Source: Vicugna vicugna
Taxonomy: Eukaryota
Length of the DNA stretch: 64,000 nt
Reading direction: 5' to 3'
Assembly: GCA_013265495.1 (NCBI GenBank)
Contig: MU058844.1
Span: forward strand, 6,075,260 to 6,139,259
Shown here one piece after another: positions 14,110-28,323 of this stretch (position 1 is the stretch's first letter; every line of letters begins with the position of its first letter). The notes below the pieces were generated by a model. That model worked only from the letters and a program-made list of their open reading frames with translations, made no database searches and had not been told where the DNA came from. The translations under genes and the position numbers were made by a program.

Positions 14110-14960
14110 CAGCTCCTGTCTTCCAATTGCTTAATCCAAAATCCTTGACCAAATCCTTTCCCCATCTCTTTTTCTAATCCCTTTATCTGGTCCATCTGCA
14201 AGTCCTACTAACTCTACCTTCAAAATATATTCAGAATCTAGCCATTTCTCACCACCCCACTGCTGTCTTCCTGGTCTAATCCACCACCAACCCTCACCTG
14301 GATTAGTCCAGTAGCTTCCTCATGGTTGAACCCTTTTCTACCTCTGTCCTCCTTTCCTCCTATCAGTCTGTTGTCACTACAACAGCCAGAGTAATTCTGT
14401 TGAAAGTAAGTCAGATCATGCCGCTTTTATGTTCAAATGTTTCCAAAGCTTTTCCCTCTTATTTTGAATAAACACCTAAATCCTGCCACGATTTGCAAAG
14501 CCCTGTGTGATCCAACCCTGCCAACTCCGTCTGTCTCTGATCTCATCTTCCTCTGTTCCCGCCTCCTTTACTCTTCTCCAGTCCTGCTGACATCCAAGGA
14601 AACACCTCTTTCTTGCCTCAGAGATTTATTTTTTTGCCAGAAATTCTCTTTCCCTTATACTTGCTTGGATCCTTTATTACCATCAGGACCTTACGCTCGA
14701 ATCCACTTTCTCAGTGAGCTCTTCTCGGGGAACATCTACATTTTCAGCTCCCCGATACCTCTCACCCCCCTTCCTTGTTTTACTATTCCCTGGACTGCTT
14801 GTCAGTATCAGATGTTATTACTGTTATCTGCCTGCCTAGAACGTGAGCTTCATAAAAGCAGGGGTTTCCAGCTTTTCGTAACCGTATCAGCAGTATCCAT
14901 AAAAGTGCCCTGCATGAGGCCACTGCACAATAGATATTTAAGTTCTTATTAATGGAAACT
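14110..14960 (+). mobile_element. L2 LINE 3' region
   Basis: TCTACCTTCAAAATATATTCAGAATCT, CACCTGGATTAGTCCAGTAGCTTCCT, CTAGAACGTGAGCTTCATAAAAGCAGGG and decayed L2 tail. Confidence 0.85.
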
Positions 14961-16149
14961 CAACTTCTCTGAGTGAGTTTTAGAAAGCGGTCTGCCTATG
15001 GGGTCTTTGTTGTGTCTTGCAAACCCACTTTGTGACATGCGTTACCATTGCTGCTGTCTCTGGTCTTGGCTTCCTATCCTTGTACAGAATTACTGCAGCA
15101 GCAGCCTCTAAAGTGTCTCCTGCTTCCTGTTTTGCTGCTTTTCACCATGTAGCCAGTGTGCTCTTTCCCAAAAGAAAATCTGGTCATGTCCATCCATACT
15201 CGGTGGTTTTAATCCTATGTTCTCACTGTAAGGTCACTAGGTTCCTCTCCCTTTCAAGGAGAAATTGAAAAGCTATATATGAGAATAACGTATATAGGAT
15301 GGGATGAACTTAGACCTACATAAACTGACTGAAGAAGAATTATTTACAACTTTTGATACTGTAGTTCTTGTTAGTACAAAGCATTTATGACACACATCAC
15401 AATTCATGGCAAATTACAAATGTGTAGAGAAAATGACATTGGGAACTGAAGTTTTTAGTAAATCAAAGGAAAGAAACTGTATTCTATTGCTTTTCTTGTC
15501 GTGGCATTGAATAACTTGAATCATTTCTGTTTTCCATGCATGATGTTTTGACCCACTGTGGGAGTTTGGGATGTAACCTGTGGTCTTGGATCAACTTAAA
15601 AGTAATTAACTTTTGTAAATGCCTGCAATGTTAATTTTATTTCATTTGGAAATACCTGCATGCTAAGCAACACAGGTGATTCATTTTTTTGACTGATTAT
15701 GTGGTTTATACCTAATCCCTTCTAAATTTGTCAAACTAAAAATGTAATGTATGGGAATGCTACATCATCTTTCAATTATATATAGTACAGATCCCAGAGC
15801 TAGAACCTAAGCTGTGTCTATACCGAGTATTTAAGTGGTTCTGGATAGGTATCAGTAGCCATGGGTAGTTTCATTGGCAGGGATTTTGTTTGCTTGTGAA
15901 CATTGTGAGATAGGTAAAAAATGGAAAGAAAGAGTGCTTTGAGACTTGAATGACAGACAGTGCAAAGATCTCGATAGAAAGATCTTGGTAATAATGCAAG
16001 ATGCCTATTTTGCCAATAAATTCCAGAGTTGGAAATGCTCATTTCCCTCATGTCAGTATAGAGAATATAGCATAAGGAAGAGATGTCTCCATTAGTGTAG
16101 GTAGAAAAGGAAAATAAAGCAATAAAGACAAGAGAGTATGTACTGGGCA

Positions 16150-16676
16150 AATATTTACCTGTTGATCATTTCTGCCTTATTCTGGAAAGAATTCTCCCCT
16201 TTTTGGTGGGGATAGCTTCTCCTCCTTTCCATCCTCAGGTAGTTTGGGGATCTTTCCATCATGAAAACCCAATCCATTATCCACAGGAATGAACCCAGAC
16301 TCCAGTGAGGCCAATCAGCCCCAAGAATATTTCTAATTAGAATTAAAGAAAAAAGGGGCATTTACTTTCTAAATGTGAAATAAATGAAATTCCTAGTGGT
16401 GCCAGGTCCAAGCCTCTGATATCTTAAAGGAATTAGCTTTGTTAGGATAAAGGAGACCCACAGAGAAAGAAAAGAATAAGAAAAAAGGAGAAAATGTGTG
16501 AAAGAGAAGGACTGGGTGATGGTGGCAGTAGAGTTCTCTAATTGTTTTAGTTTTAGCACAATCTCTGGCTTTCTTGTAGCTTTGGGGTTTCTTAATTAGT
16601 CTAGTGAACCTTCTTTTTTCCAAGCTGATTTGAGTTGAGTTTCTGATGCTTTTGCCAGTAGAGTTCTAACCAATAT
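16150..16676 (+). mobile_element. ERVL LTR (LTR16-like)
   Basis: GGCCAATCAG motif and end AAGCTGATTTGAGTTGAGTTTCTG...GAGTTCTAACCAATA. Confidence 0.6.
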
Positions 16677-19122
16677 AAGCTCTAACTCACATCATTAGTG
16701 TTCCTCCAAAATAATGGAGAGAAGAAGGGAATAGAATGCAAATCAGAATAGATGGTGAGAGCTCCTAATAGGCAGAGTTTCAGGGGTACAGGTCTTGGGG
16801 TTTGTTACCATACAGTTTTGAAGACTCCAATTTATTTTTCTTCATTTCATTTCATTATTAGTGCCTTGATAACATTTGTAGATTTTGAGAATTTTGAGTG
16901 TATACTTTTTCTGGGTCCTTGAAGACACATTGGTAATGACTACTAAGAATAATAGCTCTACATAAAATTCCTTTTACTTGTGGAGGTAGAAGGTGAGAGG
17001 AGTTTCACCTCTTGGCACAAATGTGAGATTAAAAAAAGGAATTCTTGATTTAAGGAATAGAAGGACTGAATTCTGAGGCAGATCTCTTGGGAGCAGAAAT
17101 AAATAGTAGGAAAGTTCAAAGAAACTTTGAATCTGAAATAGTTAAACAAATATTGATTTAAGATTTGTAGCAAAAACAAGATGATAAACTTGGCTTGAGA
17201 TTTTCTGTAATACATTGGGGTTGTCCATCTTACAATAGAACAGAATAGTTCTTGTTTTGCACAATGCAGCTAAAAGTTAGGTAAGTATAAGTCTGTAACT
17301 GGAATGTCCTCTGGGTCCCTTCCAGGCTTGGAGCTGCAGCACATAGTTTAGTGAATACTTACACTCACTTTTCAGTAGTCATGACTATAATCAATTGGGA
17401 AGACAGTGACACTCCTAGTGCTTCAGACTTGCTTCCAGAGTTCTGATGACTTATGAATTTTCTTAAATTAAAATAGTTAACATATTTTAGAGAATCTTTA
17501 TTTTTTGTTGATTGCTGAACTTGCAAAACTACCTAACTTTTCAAGATGAATTGACTCTTTGATCAATAAAAAATGGAGGGGGAAGGGCAGTTTTTATGGA
17601 AATTTCAACTCAGTGTGAATGCTTTAAACACAAGCACTATCTTCCAGAGGCCAGGAAACATGAGGAGACAAAGAATGCTGGCTGACTGAAGAATTAGCTC
17701 TACAATAGCTTTTGGATGACCTTCAATAGCATTTTTAGAAGAGTAGAAGAAAGTCAAGCGGAGCTCTTTATTAGTTTTTATCAATAAGTCTTTGTTAGCA
17801 ATTGGCATAGCATTTCAAGAGATTCCATTGGAAAAGATATCAGTGGCGACTGGATATATACCAGCTCTATACCGGGAGAATTCGATTACAATAGTGACAT
17901 ACTCTTTTTCATCCAAAAGCATTTCCTGATTCAGATATAGTTAATATTTAAGAGTTGAAGGGATTACTTTGAGAAAGTGAGGAAAATATTTTTGAGATAA
18001 GATCTTAATCAGAGAAAGCAAAATTTAAATATAATAGTAATATTTTACGTCAATTTGGTTATTTCAATTCATATTGTATATTCAATACAGTAACTAGAGT
18101 ACAATAAAATTCCCTCAAGTTTTGGTTTTAATTTCAATTAAAACACTGCGAATTTTTTCAATAATCTGATTATTTTATTCAAGATAATTTTTAGTCAACA
18201 TGATGAGTTCTGAAGTGGATTATTTCAATCAAAATTACTTAGTATTGCTTTCTATATAATCTAAAATCCACATATCTTTTCTTTTAATATGAATGCTGTT
18301 GAATACAATTATCTAGATCAAAGATACATAATACTATTACATGAGCACATATGGAATTTCTCTGAGAAAAAAAGACAATTACTGATAGATGTTTTTTTTT
18401 TGGTGGGGGAGCTAAAGTTTTAAGGAGCACCCAAAATGAGCTGCCACTTTGTGTAAGACCTACTTCAAATCGGGATTTCGTATGAAAATGGATATCACAC
18501 TCAGTTATTTGCAATACATGCGTGTACATTAGCATTAATGCAATTACTTTGGTTTAATACATTCAAGTACTACAAACTGCTCAAAGTCAGTATATAATTC
18601 CATTTTTCAACTAAATCAAAAATATGTGTTGTAGTAAATCACCACATTAAGCTGCAACTATCTTTTACATAAGATAAAAGCATAAATTGTCCTGAAAATA
18701 CAGTATCTAGGAAAACATTGAATGACATCAGAGGTAAATATCAAAACCTCTAGAACACTTTTACCACCTCCCATGATGAATACGTAGGAAATTACTTCCA
18801 AACATTTTTGTGCAACACTCAATATATAAACAAAAGATAAGTCAATTTTTCCAAAATAAAATTATTAACACTAATTACGGACAAGTTGTTCACTGGGGAA
18901 GGAAACAAGATAATTAGAGGGATACTTGGAGGTAACTTGTGGGAAAGGCAAATAAAAGTTTAATTCATCACTCTGAAGAATTCCTTGGTGTGAGAACTCA
19001 GCAAGTAGAAAGGATTTGGCAAGACTAGTAAAGCGAAAGTATAATGACTTTAATTTAGACTTGTTTCTGTCATGGATTCCCCACCTCAAGTGCAAAGAGA
19101 CTAAACAATTTGATACATTTAC

Positions 19123-19221
19123 CCTTTTCTGAAACCATGTTGATAAGCTTCTTCCAAAGTACACTGCAGGGAAAGACCAGCCCAGGACACTGAGCAGCTG
19201 ATGTAACCGCTGCAAGTTTAG
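19123..19221 (-). other. Candidate 99-nt internal exon
   Basis: Acceptor GCTCTTTGCAG|C, donor AGG|GTAAAT; GC-richer than its flanks. Confidence 0.35.
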
Positions 19222-22200
19222 CTGCAAAGAGCATTACAGTAATAGAGAAATACAAAATAGTGTTTGCCTTTTCATGAAATTCTCACAAAAGGAAGTTATA
19301 TGCCTTAGAAACAAGTTTATCTGAAAATGAATAGAAAATATTCTTCAAACATTTCAATTGTAATCTTAGTGAATTTATTTTGAGAGCATAAATTAACTTT
19401 GGCTTTCAGTAACTATAAAAAACATTTTAATCATCCATTACCTTGATTATTAATGTCCTCATTTAAAAAAACAAACGTGCTGATTATATGTGTGAATATG
19501 TATTTTTAAAAGGATTGCCTCACTGCCAACAGAGTAAAGATACAAGGAGAAAAATTTATAAGGCATTAAAACAGGCAGTTTTCTATTAAAAAAAAAAACA
19601 GCAGTTAATTTATTTTATTTTAAAATTTTTTTCAAGCCAAAGAAAAAGTAATTTGGCTTTAATTATCTAGTAAAGTGTTTGGAAACCTGAATAACTTACA
19701 CATTTTTATCTTTTCTTGGTATGAACAAAGTTACTTTGTGTTTAGGCCATTTCAATTGATAATTATTCAGAACTTCCTACTTACACTAGACTTATCTCTG
19801 CTCAGGCAAAGAGGGGTAGCTTCATGTTCTTACAGGGAGAGAAGGGCTGAGATCAGAGATCTGGGCTTTAGATCACTGCCAACACTGGGGAAGGATGCAA
19901 AAAGGGCTTCATTTCATGTACTTGGTAAAACAACACTTTTTTTCTCCTTATCCCTTTTTGTGAGTTTTGAACTTATTTGTTAAGGGTCAGTCACTTAAAT
20001 CAACCTCTTAGGATCCAGTTATTTAATATCTAATGAAATATTAAGTCTACATCACTTATAAAAGTTTTAGACATTTTAAAGGCTTTTAGAGATCCAGTAG
20101 ATTCTAAGCTATGGTATCTCTTCATTTTTCCCCTTCTGAACTAGTCTTCATGTTCCTCCCTCCTGCATCTCCCCCAGAAGTCCCTGAAGTAAAACCTTAA
20201 TACCTGTATTCAGTACCAGTTTCAAACTCTGTTTTTAATTTAGACATAACCCAGGATGTGTACAAATGTCCAACAATAAATATCATTTGCGTCCCGGGGA
20301 CACACACATCTTTTCACTGTAGTTTCTCCGGTTTAGGCATTCATCATGTGTTTTTGGTGGTTTGCCTACATTCTACCTCATGGGAACCACACATGTAATA
20401 AAACAACCATATAATTTATTGTGGCAAATGTTACTTAACTAGATTACAACATTATATGTTGAGATTGAAAAACATCCTTAAATTAAGGTGGATCATTATT
20501 TTAATTGCCTAAGGTCAAGAATTCTTGCCAGAACTAACTCTAAGACACTTGGTTTGGATGAGTTTCTTTTCTTTAGTCATGTGATTAGTTCACTGTTTCA
20601 ACAGAGTAAAAAGGGGTCTTTTTCTTAAGGATCATAGGCTCCTGCTTATTCTCTGAATGCTTTTTCTAAAAACATATGTAAAGCCAGCAAAGCAGTACTA
20701 TAAACTAAGTGCTTTGTTTTTATTTAATCAGTGATTATTTTGTAACTTATTCTAAATGAAATACTTTTTATCGTATCATGATTATTTTGTTGCCTGTCCA
20801 CAACTCTTAAAGCATTGTACTTTATTAGAGCTAGGAATAAGTAATCTTCATAAAAATATACTTTCACAACTTTAAAATAAACTTTAAAGTACCAGCTAAA
20901 TGGTTTAAGATTTTCAAGAATGTAGACCCAAATATGTTGCTATGAGAGCAGTAAATTATTGTAATTTTAGAACAATTTCTATAACAATATACTTGTTCTG
21001 TCAGACAAAATTTAGACCATTATTACAACCAATCAAATGAAATCATTATGGTTGTTAGATACTAAATATAAGGTTTTCCAATAAGTGGATTAGTTCCTGG
21101 TTAGAAGGAAACATCTCTTTAATCTCAACACATATAAGTCATTGTAATTATGGTTCCTATTTATTATCTAACATATCAGTCAATAAATGAATTGCTGACA
21201 GCAGTATTGCGCAGGCAGAATAATTTAGCTATTAAACTCAGTTTTTCGCTGGGTCCTTCTGCTCCTGCGGCTTTAGTGCATGAAACTTCATTTACTATTT
21301 CCCTGTTGGACGTTTCCGTCTCTTCTCTAGGTCATTTCCACGTCTCATTCTGCTTGACTCAGATAGCAGTCTTCTTTCTGAATCTTGGGTTTCCCTGTCC
21401 ACTGACTCTGCTTCATTCTTCCATCCCTTTATTCTCTGAGTTGGAAATCTCATCATTATCTCCTCATAGCCTTTCCTTCTGTCAGATTCCACTTTTATTT
21501 TCTTCTTAGTTAGCTTAGTCACCTTTATAACTTGGTGTCAGAAAAATATCAATAAAGCTGTTTCTTACTGGAGAACTTGCACTAAACAGGAAGTTCATAG
21601 ATCTGATTTCTGCATCTTGCCTTAAACTCTGGTTGGAAGATCACTTTCTTGTTCAGGAACTTAGCACTGCCTCTGTTAAATGAAGGATCTGAAATAGGTT
21701 ATCTTTAAAATCTTTGCAACGGTACATATGCTCAGTCTACTAACACTAAAGACCTCAACATATTCCTGCTTGCTCAAAGTGACTGTAATAGGAAAATAAT
21801 TTATTCTTTTTACCAACTTGACTCTATCTTATATGAGTCCTTTAGGAAAATTGTCTAAAAAGGGCTTGAGAACTGCTCCCCAGCCCCCACTTTGTAATTA
21901 TATTTTCTTTCTACTGGGCATACATTTAGCTAATATTTTTTAACAATATTCTTTCCAAAGTGTGCCAATATCACTGAGCCCCAGGGGAAGACTACCAAAT
22001 CAGCAAATCCACTGTTTAAAGTCCCTTTGTTTAGAATAGGTATGTTGCTATAGACACCTTGGGGAGAAATTTAACCCTTGGATCTCAGACTGAAGAAAAG
22101 GAAATGTGCCTCGATTCCACCAGCAGCCATACTTCTATCACAGTGCAGTTAATTACAAGCATCAGAATACTCAGTCCCTTTGCTGAAATAGTCAACTAAT

Positions 22201-25003
22201 ATTTCTGACGCTAACTTTTAAAAATAAGCTATGGTGAACCCTCTGACTTACGCCCCAAAGCTAAAGAATGCCAGCTCTGGGTTAAGAACTACTCCAATGA
22301 TTAGAGTAAAGAGTTTCTCCTTTGAGGAAGGGGGCAATTATCAAAAAAGCTAAAATTTAGGTGTGTCTTACTACTTTATTTGATGGGGGAATAAAGGCTG
22401 TTGGAATGCTTTGATTGTTCTCTGACCTTTGGTGTCCATGTCTTGAGAATACAATAAGACTGAAAAATACAATCCATCTTAGGGAGGGAAATCATCCCTG
22501 AGTGTGGAATACCCTACAATACTCTATAAAAATATCTAACAAACCGATTTTCCTCTACGTCACTGGTGATAATAGAAAACAAACAAAAACATAAAAATTA
22601 TGCCTAGAGTTTAGTATTGTACCAAGGTACCAGGGAAGAATTTTCTGTTAATAATCAAGAGATTATTAAGATACTTTATGGAATATTATGATGACCAATA
22701 TATGCCTCAATATTGTTATGAGAATTACATAAGAGAAGATACATAAAGTACCAGGCAGAATGGCTGTCATATGTAAGATCAATTTTTTTCTCCCTAAATT
22801 AATACGAGAATATACAGATTTCTGTATATCTTTATCTCACAAGTAGTTTTTTTAAAATGTGGATATTTAGATTCATCTTATCCAAATTGTCTTCTTCCAT
22901 TGCTTATTTAAATCTAGAAGCTAAATTGTTTTTAAATGTTCTTTAAAATTACTTTTTCAATAAAGATATTGAGTTTTTATCAAATAGAGTTACTTTCCTG
23001 ACTGTCCTGGGAACTGTTAAATAAAACTCTCTTCATCCCAGTGAGTATATCACCACTTCAGATAATCATCTAATTTCCTGTACTGCTACTTCTTTCACAG
23101 CCTATTCAATAACATAAAAAAAAAAAACTTTTCCCGTAATTGTGAAAAATGCTGGTTTCAATAATTTCCTGGAATTTCTCCTTTCACATAACATTACATT
23201 TAACACAACCCTCACTCCTCACTGAACTCAGACCTTTACATTTCTCAGTTTCAACATATAAAACCTGAGATAATTCCATATATAAAATATGTCACAGAAA
23301 AATTGTAGTTTCTACTTGCTCTCAGTTACCTTCTAAATAGCTTATATTAATTGGATAGATGTTACAAAGACTGGCCTTGAGTACTTCATCATTAAAAAAT
23401 GGGTATAATATGTGAGTTAGTTGGTCAGTTAAAGTTACAACCTGGTGGAGTTAGCATTCTAATCAAGAATCTGCACCCAGGGCTGATGGGTTAGCCTTAT
23501 ATCAGAAGGATCTTAATGCATACTAAATTTTACTTATGTTGATGTAAACCAGATGCTTTGATAATTAGTATCATAAATCATATTAATAGTTTGATCAATT
23601 AGCATGATGAATGTTAGAAATGGGTTCCCATGGATAAAACTAAAGGTATTCAAAATCTATGCTAAAATTTTTTAGAGACATTTCCTTCTTTGCATGAACA
23701 GTATATAAGACCCTGGCCAGGTATGTAGCTTTTATTTAGGAATGGAGCCCAAGACTTGATTTCCCAGATGTTCTACCATGATTAATATAACTTTTGGTTG
23801 CCTTATAACCAGTAGGTTAAAAGAACTCTTCTCCTGGCATAATTTAAAGTGAGCTTTTTGGAATGATGTCAAGCAAATGAGGTCAAGTGAACATGCCCTG
23901 AAAAGCTGGTAGTATATCATGAATCTTGCCAAATAGTCTGTATGAAAGTGTTTTATGCCTGCACACTAATGAATGATCATTTAGTTAATGTCTATGCATG
24001 TGGCAGATATGATCTGAGAATTTGTTTACTTTCATTATAAACTGAGAGTGATGTTTCCTGGTAGAGTAAATTCAGATTACCACAAATGTCTTAAAAGTCT
24101 CCTGATAAAATAACTATGAGCTGTTGATGACTTTTTTTGGGTTGAGTCAGTCTGCAACAGAGAGGGTTTCTGTTGGTGATCCCCTTGAAAGGTGTGGATG
24201 TAAGTTTGGATGAAGGAACAAGGACCATATGAATTATTCTGAAAAAAAAAAGTGGAACAATTGATATTGGAAATGTTTTTAAAGAAGGAGATGGAGACAA
24301 AATCTGAAGGCTATGTGTGAAAAAGCAGAGAGCATGAACCTCCACTGCCACAGGGAAAGGAAGAAGAGGCTGGAAGGTAAACATATATGATGAGGAATTT
24401 TAAGGTATTTGCTATGCAAGATCTGATCCAAACCTCCTCCTCCTCTTCTTTTATGGAATAAAGGTACTGAGATCTGCATTACATCTAGCAAGGGGCAATA
24501 GCCAAGACCACACTTGGGGTGGCTTACAGTTAGGATATAAACACACATAGATTCTTAGGTGGCTGATACCATTCTTTGGTTTCTAGGTTTATACTTGATT
24601 ATTCCTTGAATGTATTAAGTAATTTATCTTTCCACATGGATATAGGTTAGTAATAAATCTGTGGTGCTGGATTAGATTTGAGTCAGGAGACCTGAATTCT
24701 TCTCTTCATCCTCTTACAAACTAACTATATAGGAAATTTACTTCATCTCTGAAGGCATTTGTCTCAACATCTGCAGAAAATAAGATGCTTGAAGTAGCTG
24801 ATTGCTAAGAGTTTCTTTGGTTCTCTCTACGACACTCCTATTATATGTCTACATCAGTATACAAACTTGGCGGTGCAGGTAGTAAAATTGTTCTAGTTCT
24901 TTCACGTTGCAACATGCCATTCAGTTCTGGAATAAATTAGAAATACATGTACACATTCTTCTCTTATCATACTGCACTGCTTATTCATCTGTAAAAGGAA
25001 TCT

Positions 25004-25156
25004 AGAGGGTGGAGGATATAGCTCAGTGATAAAGCATATGCTTGGCATGTACAAGGTCCTAGGTTCGATCCCCAGTGCTTCCATAAGGGGAAAAAGCTTT
25101 TTTAAAAAAATAAAAATAAATCTAAGGGATGAGCCAGCAGAAAAAAAAAAAAAAAA
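25004..25156 (+). mobile_element. tRNA-derived SINE (camelid vic-1-like) with A-rich tail
   Basis: A-box TAGCTCAGTGAT, B-box GGTTCGATCC, poly(A), near-identical flanks AAAGGAATCTA / AAAGAAATCTA. Confidence 0.85.
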
Positions 25157-25187
25157 AAAGAAATCTAAATATTAAGGTAGAGGACTC

Positions 25188-25275
25188 TACACTTCTTCTG
25201 TCCAATATGACTTTTGTGATGATGGAAAAGTTCTATAAAATAGAAGTAGTCACATATGGCTATTGAGCACTTACT
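25188..25275. mobile_element. MER3-like hAT-Charlie fragment
   Basis: CTGTCCAATATGACTTTTGTGATGATGGAAAAGTTCTATA...CACATATGGCTATTGAGCACTT. Confidence 0.65.
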
Positions 25276-25419
25276 TACCACATGCTTCCTTATCTCATTA
25301 CTGACATCAAAATATTAAATATATTTATCAAATAATTAAATGTTACTAATGAAAAAATTAAAATTCTGAAAAAATATTTTGTTGAATTAATATGATTTTA
25401 GAGCAGAGTGACTTTTCCT

Positions 25420-26375
25420 AGAAAAACAAAACCAGATACAATTTTCAAAAATTGATAATTTTAATACACACAAACTCAAAAGTTCTATAGAAAAAATATA
25501 CAAAGTTAAAAAAAAGGTAGAAATTGTGAACTGGTATTGGAAGCATATATAATCCTTATATCAAAATAGCAGATGACTCATTTTCTTAAGTTAAATAAGA
25601 TACTTACAAAACTATAATAATATATTAAATATGGCAATTAAAATCAGAAAAGTTTAAGAAAAAGTAGCTTTCAAAAAAAACCCTATGGATATATAATAGA
25701 TTCTCAGCCTCATTCATACATAAAGATATACAAATAAAACATGAGATTCTATGTTCTTCCATCAGCCAGATAAATACGAAAAGTTGGATGATATGTAGTG
25801 TTGGTGAGAGGGTAAGGAAATAAGCAATGTCACAAGTTTTTGGTGAAGATGTAAAAGGATGCAAAAGTTTTTAGAGGAATTTGGCTATACCTATCAAAAT
25901 GTAAAATGCATATACTCTGTGTTTCAACATCTCATATCTATCAGTGTGATCCTGGATTGAATCACAAGGATGTAACAAAACATATGTTCAAAATTATTCA
26001 TTATAACATAATTAATACAAACCTGAAATAGAATTAATGACCAATAAATAGGAAACTGGTTAAATGATTTGTAATGTGTCAATACAATGAAATATGGCTT
26101 TTATGCAGATGAAAGAATGACTATCTGTAGTGTTGATATAAACAGACCTCATATAAAAATTATAACTGAATCATTGCAAACATATTTGCAGACTTCTAAA
26201 AAAATATTAATTAAATTATTCTAGAAGAATACATGAGAAACTTGATAATGGTTAATTTTTGAGACAAATTAGGGTGGTGCCAGAGGGATGCCCATGAAGT
26301 ACTTTAACTTTCAGTTTATAATCTCTGAACCATCTAAATGATTTATGTTACTTCTGTTTAAAAATAGTAATAAAC
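25420..26375 (+). mobile_element. Old L1 (L1ME/L1MC-like) ORF2 end and 3' UTR
   Basis: GTGTTGGTGAGAGGGTAAGGAAATAAGCA...AATTTGGCTATACCTATCAAAATGTAAAATGCATATAC. Confidence 0.75.
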
Positions 26376-27535
26376 ATCTGGGGTTTTATAAGTGTGTGTC
26401 AATAATAGATATTGTGAAGATGTTGGACATGAGAACACATTTGGTGAGTCTGAGAAATAACAGTATTGTAGGTAAACGTTCTAGGAAATTTGAGAGCCTG
26501 CTATGACACAGGCATTAGTTATCTGAGACGTCTGATTACTTATCATTTAAATATTACCCCTAACTAAAAAAGTAACAAATAGAAAAATGTATGAACTCTG
26601 GCCCTGATGAAATAGCTTATGAAAACTATAGTTATATGTTAGTTTGGGTGATTGGAAGAGATCTTAAGACTCTCTAAGAATAAAATAAATTCACATACAA
26701 TCATCTTCAAAAAGCTGAAAATCTTTCTTCATGGCTATTATATTAAGCAAAACTAAAACATTGTTTATGGTAAATATCTATGGAATTTTTTTAGGTGCAC
26801 ATTAGGGATAATCCAGCTAAAGTAGTATTTAGAAGAGAATCAACCATTTTCTTTCATAGGGACCATTGGATTTTCTGGGATAGAGAGGTTACTATATGAG
26901 TAATGAACACATCTGGATTAGATTCTGTAGCCTGATTTATCAGGAGAGAGATTTGCAGATATCTTAATCTGATTTGAATCAAAATAGGAATAATTATTTA
27001 TTATCACATATTTGGAAAATAAAAGATACTTAGTAAGTATTTATGAAAGCAATTAATAAACTGGTGGATGAATCGATGTTTTGTATCTCCTACGAAACAA
27101 CAGCTTAAAATTTCTTATTATGAATTACAAAATGTATTTTATTCTAAATAAAATATCAGCACTCATTCATCTCCATGTAGGTCTAATGTATTTTTTAAAA
27201 AGGATGAAAACAGGTTAGAAACTTTGGTATCATTATTTAGAACAGAATTAGCACATACAAATTGAGTTGATGGCCTAAGTCTAGGATATATGAACCTAAA
27301 GGCCTAAAGTATTTAATAATTAACTGAAGTAAACAAACAAAATATAACTTTGATCTTGTTATACTCTATTTAAAAAATTAGTTGAAGACTCAGCAATAAT
27401 TATGTTACTTGGTCAATTTAGATACAAAATTAAAAAAATAAAAACCATAGAACCAACATTTTTTTGATCTGAATTTTCCCATGTTGATATTTTCATGGAC
27501 CAGACAAACTAAATTATTGCTATGTATCCACTCAC

Positions 27536-27605
27536 CCTGTGCAGAAAAGCCTACATGTCATACATTTAGTGTTTTCAACCACACTTTGTATAAAGGTGGG
27601 CATAT
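27536..27605 (-). other. Candidate 70-nt internal exon
   Basis: Acceptor TTCTGTTCAG|A, donor AGG|GTGAGT. Confidence 0.3.
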
Positions 27606-28323
27606 CTGAACAGAATTCATAATACCACAATATGTACAAAGAAGACCAATGTGAATAAAATCACGTATTTGTATTCAGACTTCTTACTTAAAGCTACATA
27701 CATTTATTTCTAGACTGAATTAGAAGTATCTAATTCAAGTGAATGGTTTTTTTTCTTTTTTGATTTGGTTAGGTGTTTTGGGGTTTTTTTTTTTGATTTA
27801 TTTGGTTTTCGTTTTCATTCCCTAAAGCTGGTGTACCTCCGTTAATGTTTACTCTGGGAACATCCTGATCTCTGTTTAGAAAGGCATAAACTGCACATTG
27901 TAACAGGAGAAGAAACATTATTCAGCTGAATAAATGTTTTCAACAATTAATGATATTTTTAGCAGCACACATATGTTCTCTAGCACAGAGAAGAAAACAA
28001 GTTTGAAGCAAACATCCCTGTTTTCAAGTGGCAATAACCTGGAACCTAATTCAGCTTGCTAATTGGCTGCCTTGGAATAAAAATCCCCATAAAATGTCTG
28101 TATAATCTCAGAAGACAATAACACTGTCAGCCTGAGTTAAAATGCCATCAGCAGATTCAGTGTGTTAAAAATAATTCGAAAAAGTAAAAACGAGGATCAG
28201 AGCCAGTTGGGGGAACACTGAAATTTCACCCACTGGGCCACTTCCTCGTGTCTGCTGGCCTTGGTAGTAGGAAACAGCTTAGAAATCTGAGGTGTGTACT
28301 AGCAAAGTCTTTTAGGGATGCAG

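Noticed and set aside
14437..14952. 171-aa plus-strand ORF
   Set aside because: Lies entirely within a decayed L2; Leu/Pro/Ser bias follows from pyrimidine-rich DNA
25008..25082. Possible tRNA gene
   Set aside because: Degenerate stems, A-rich tail and TSD indicate a SINE
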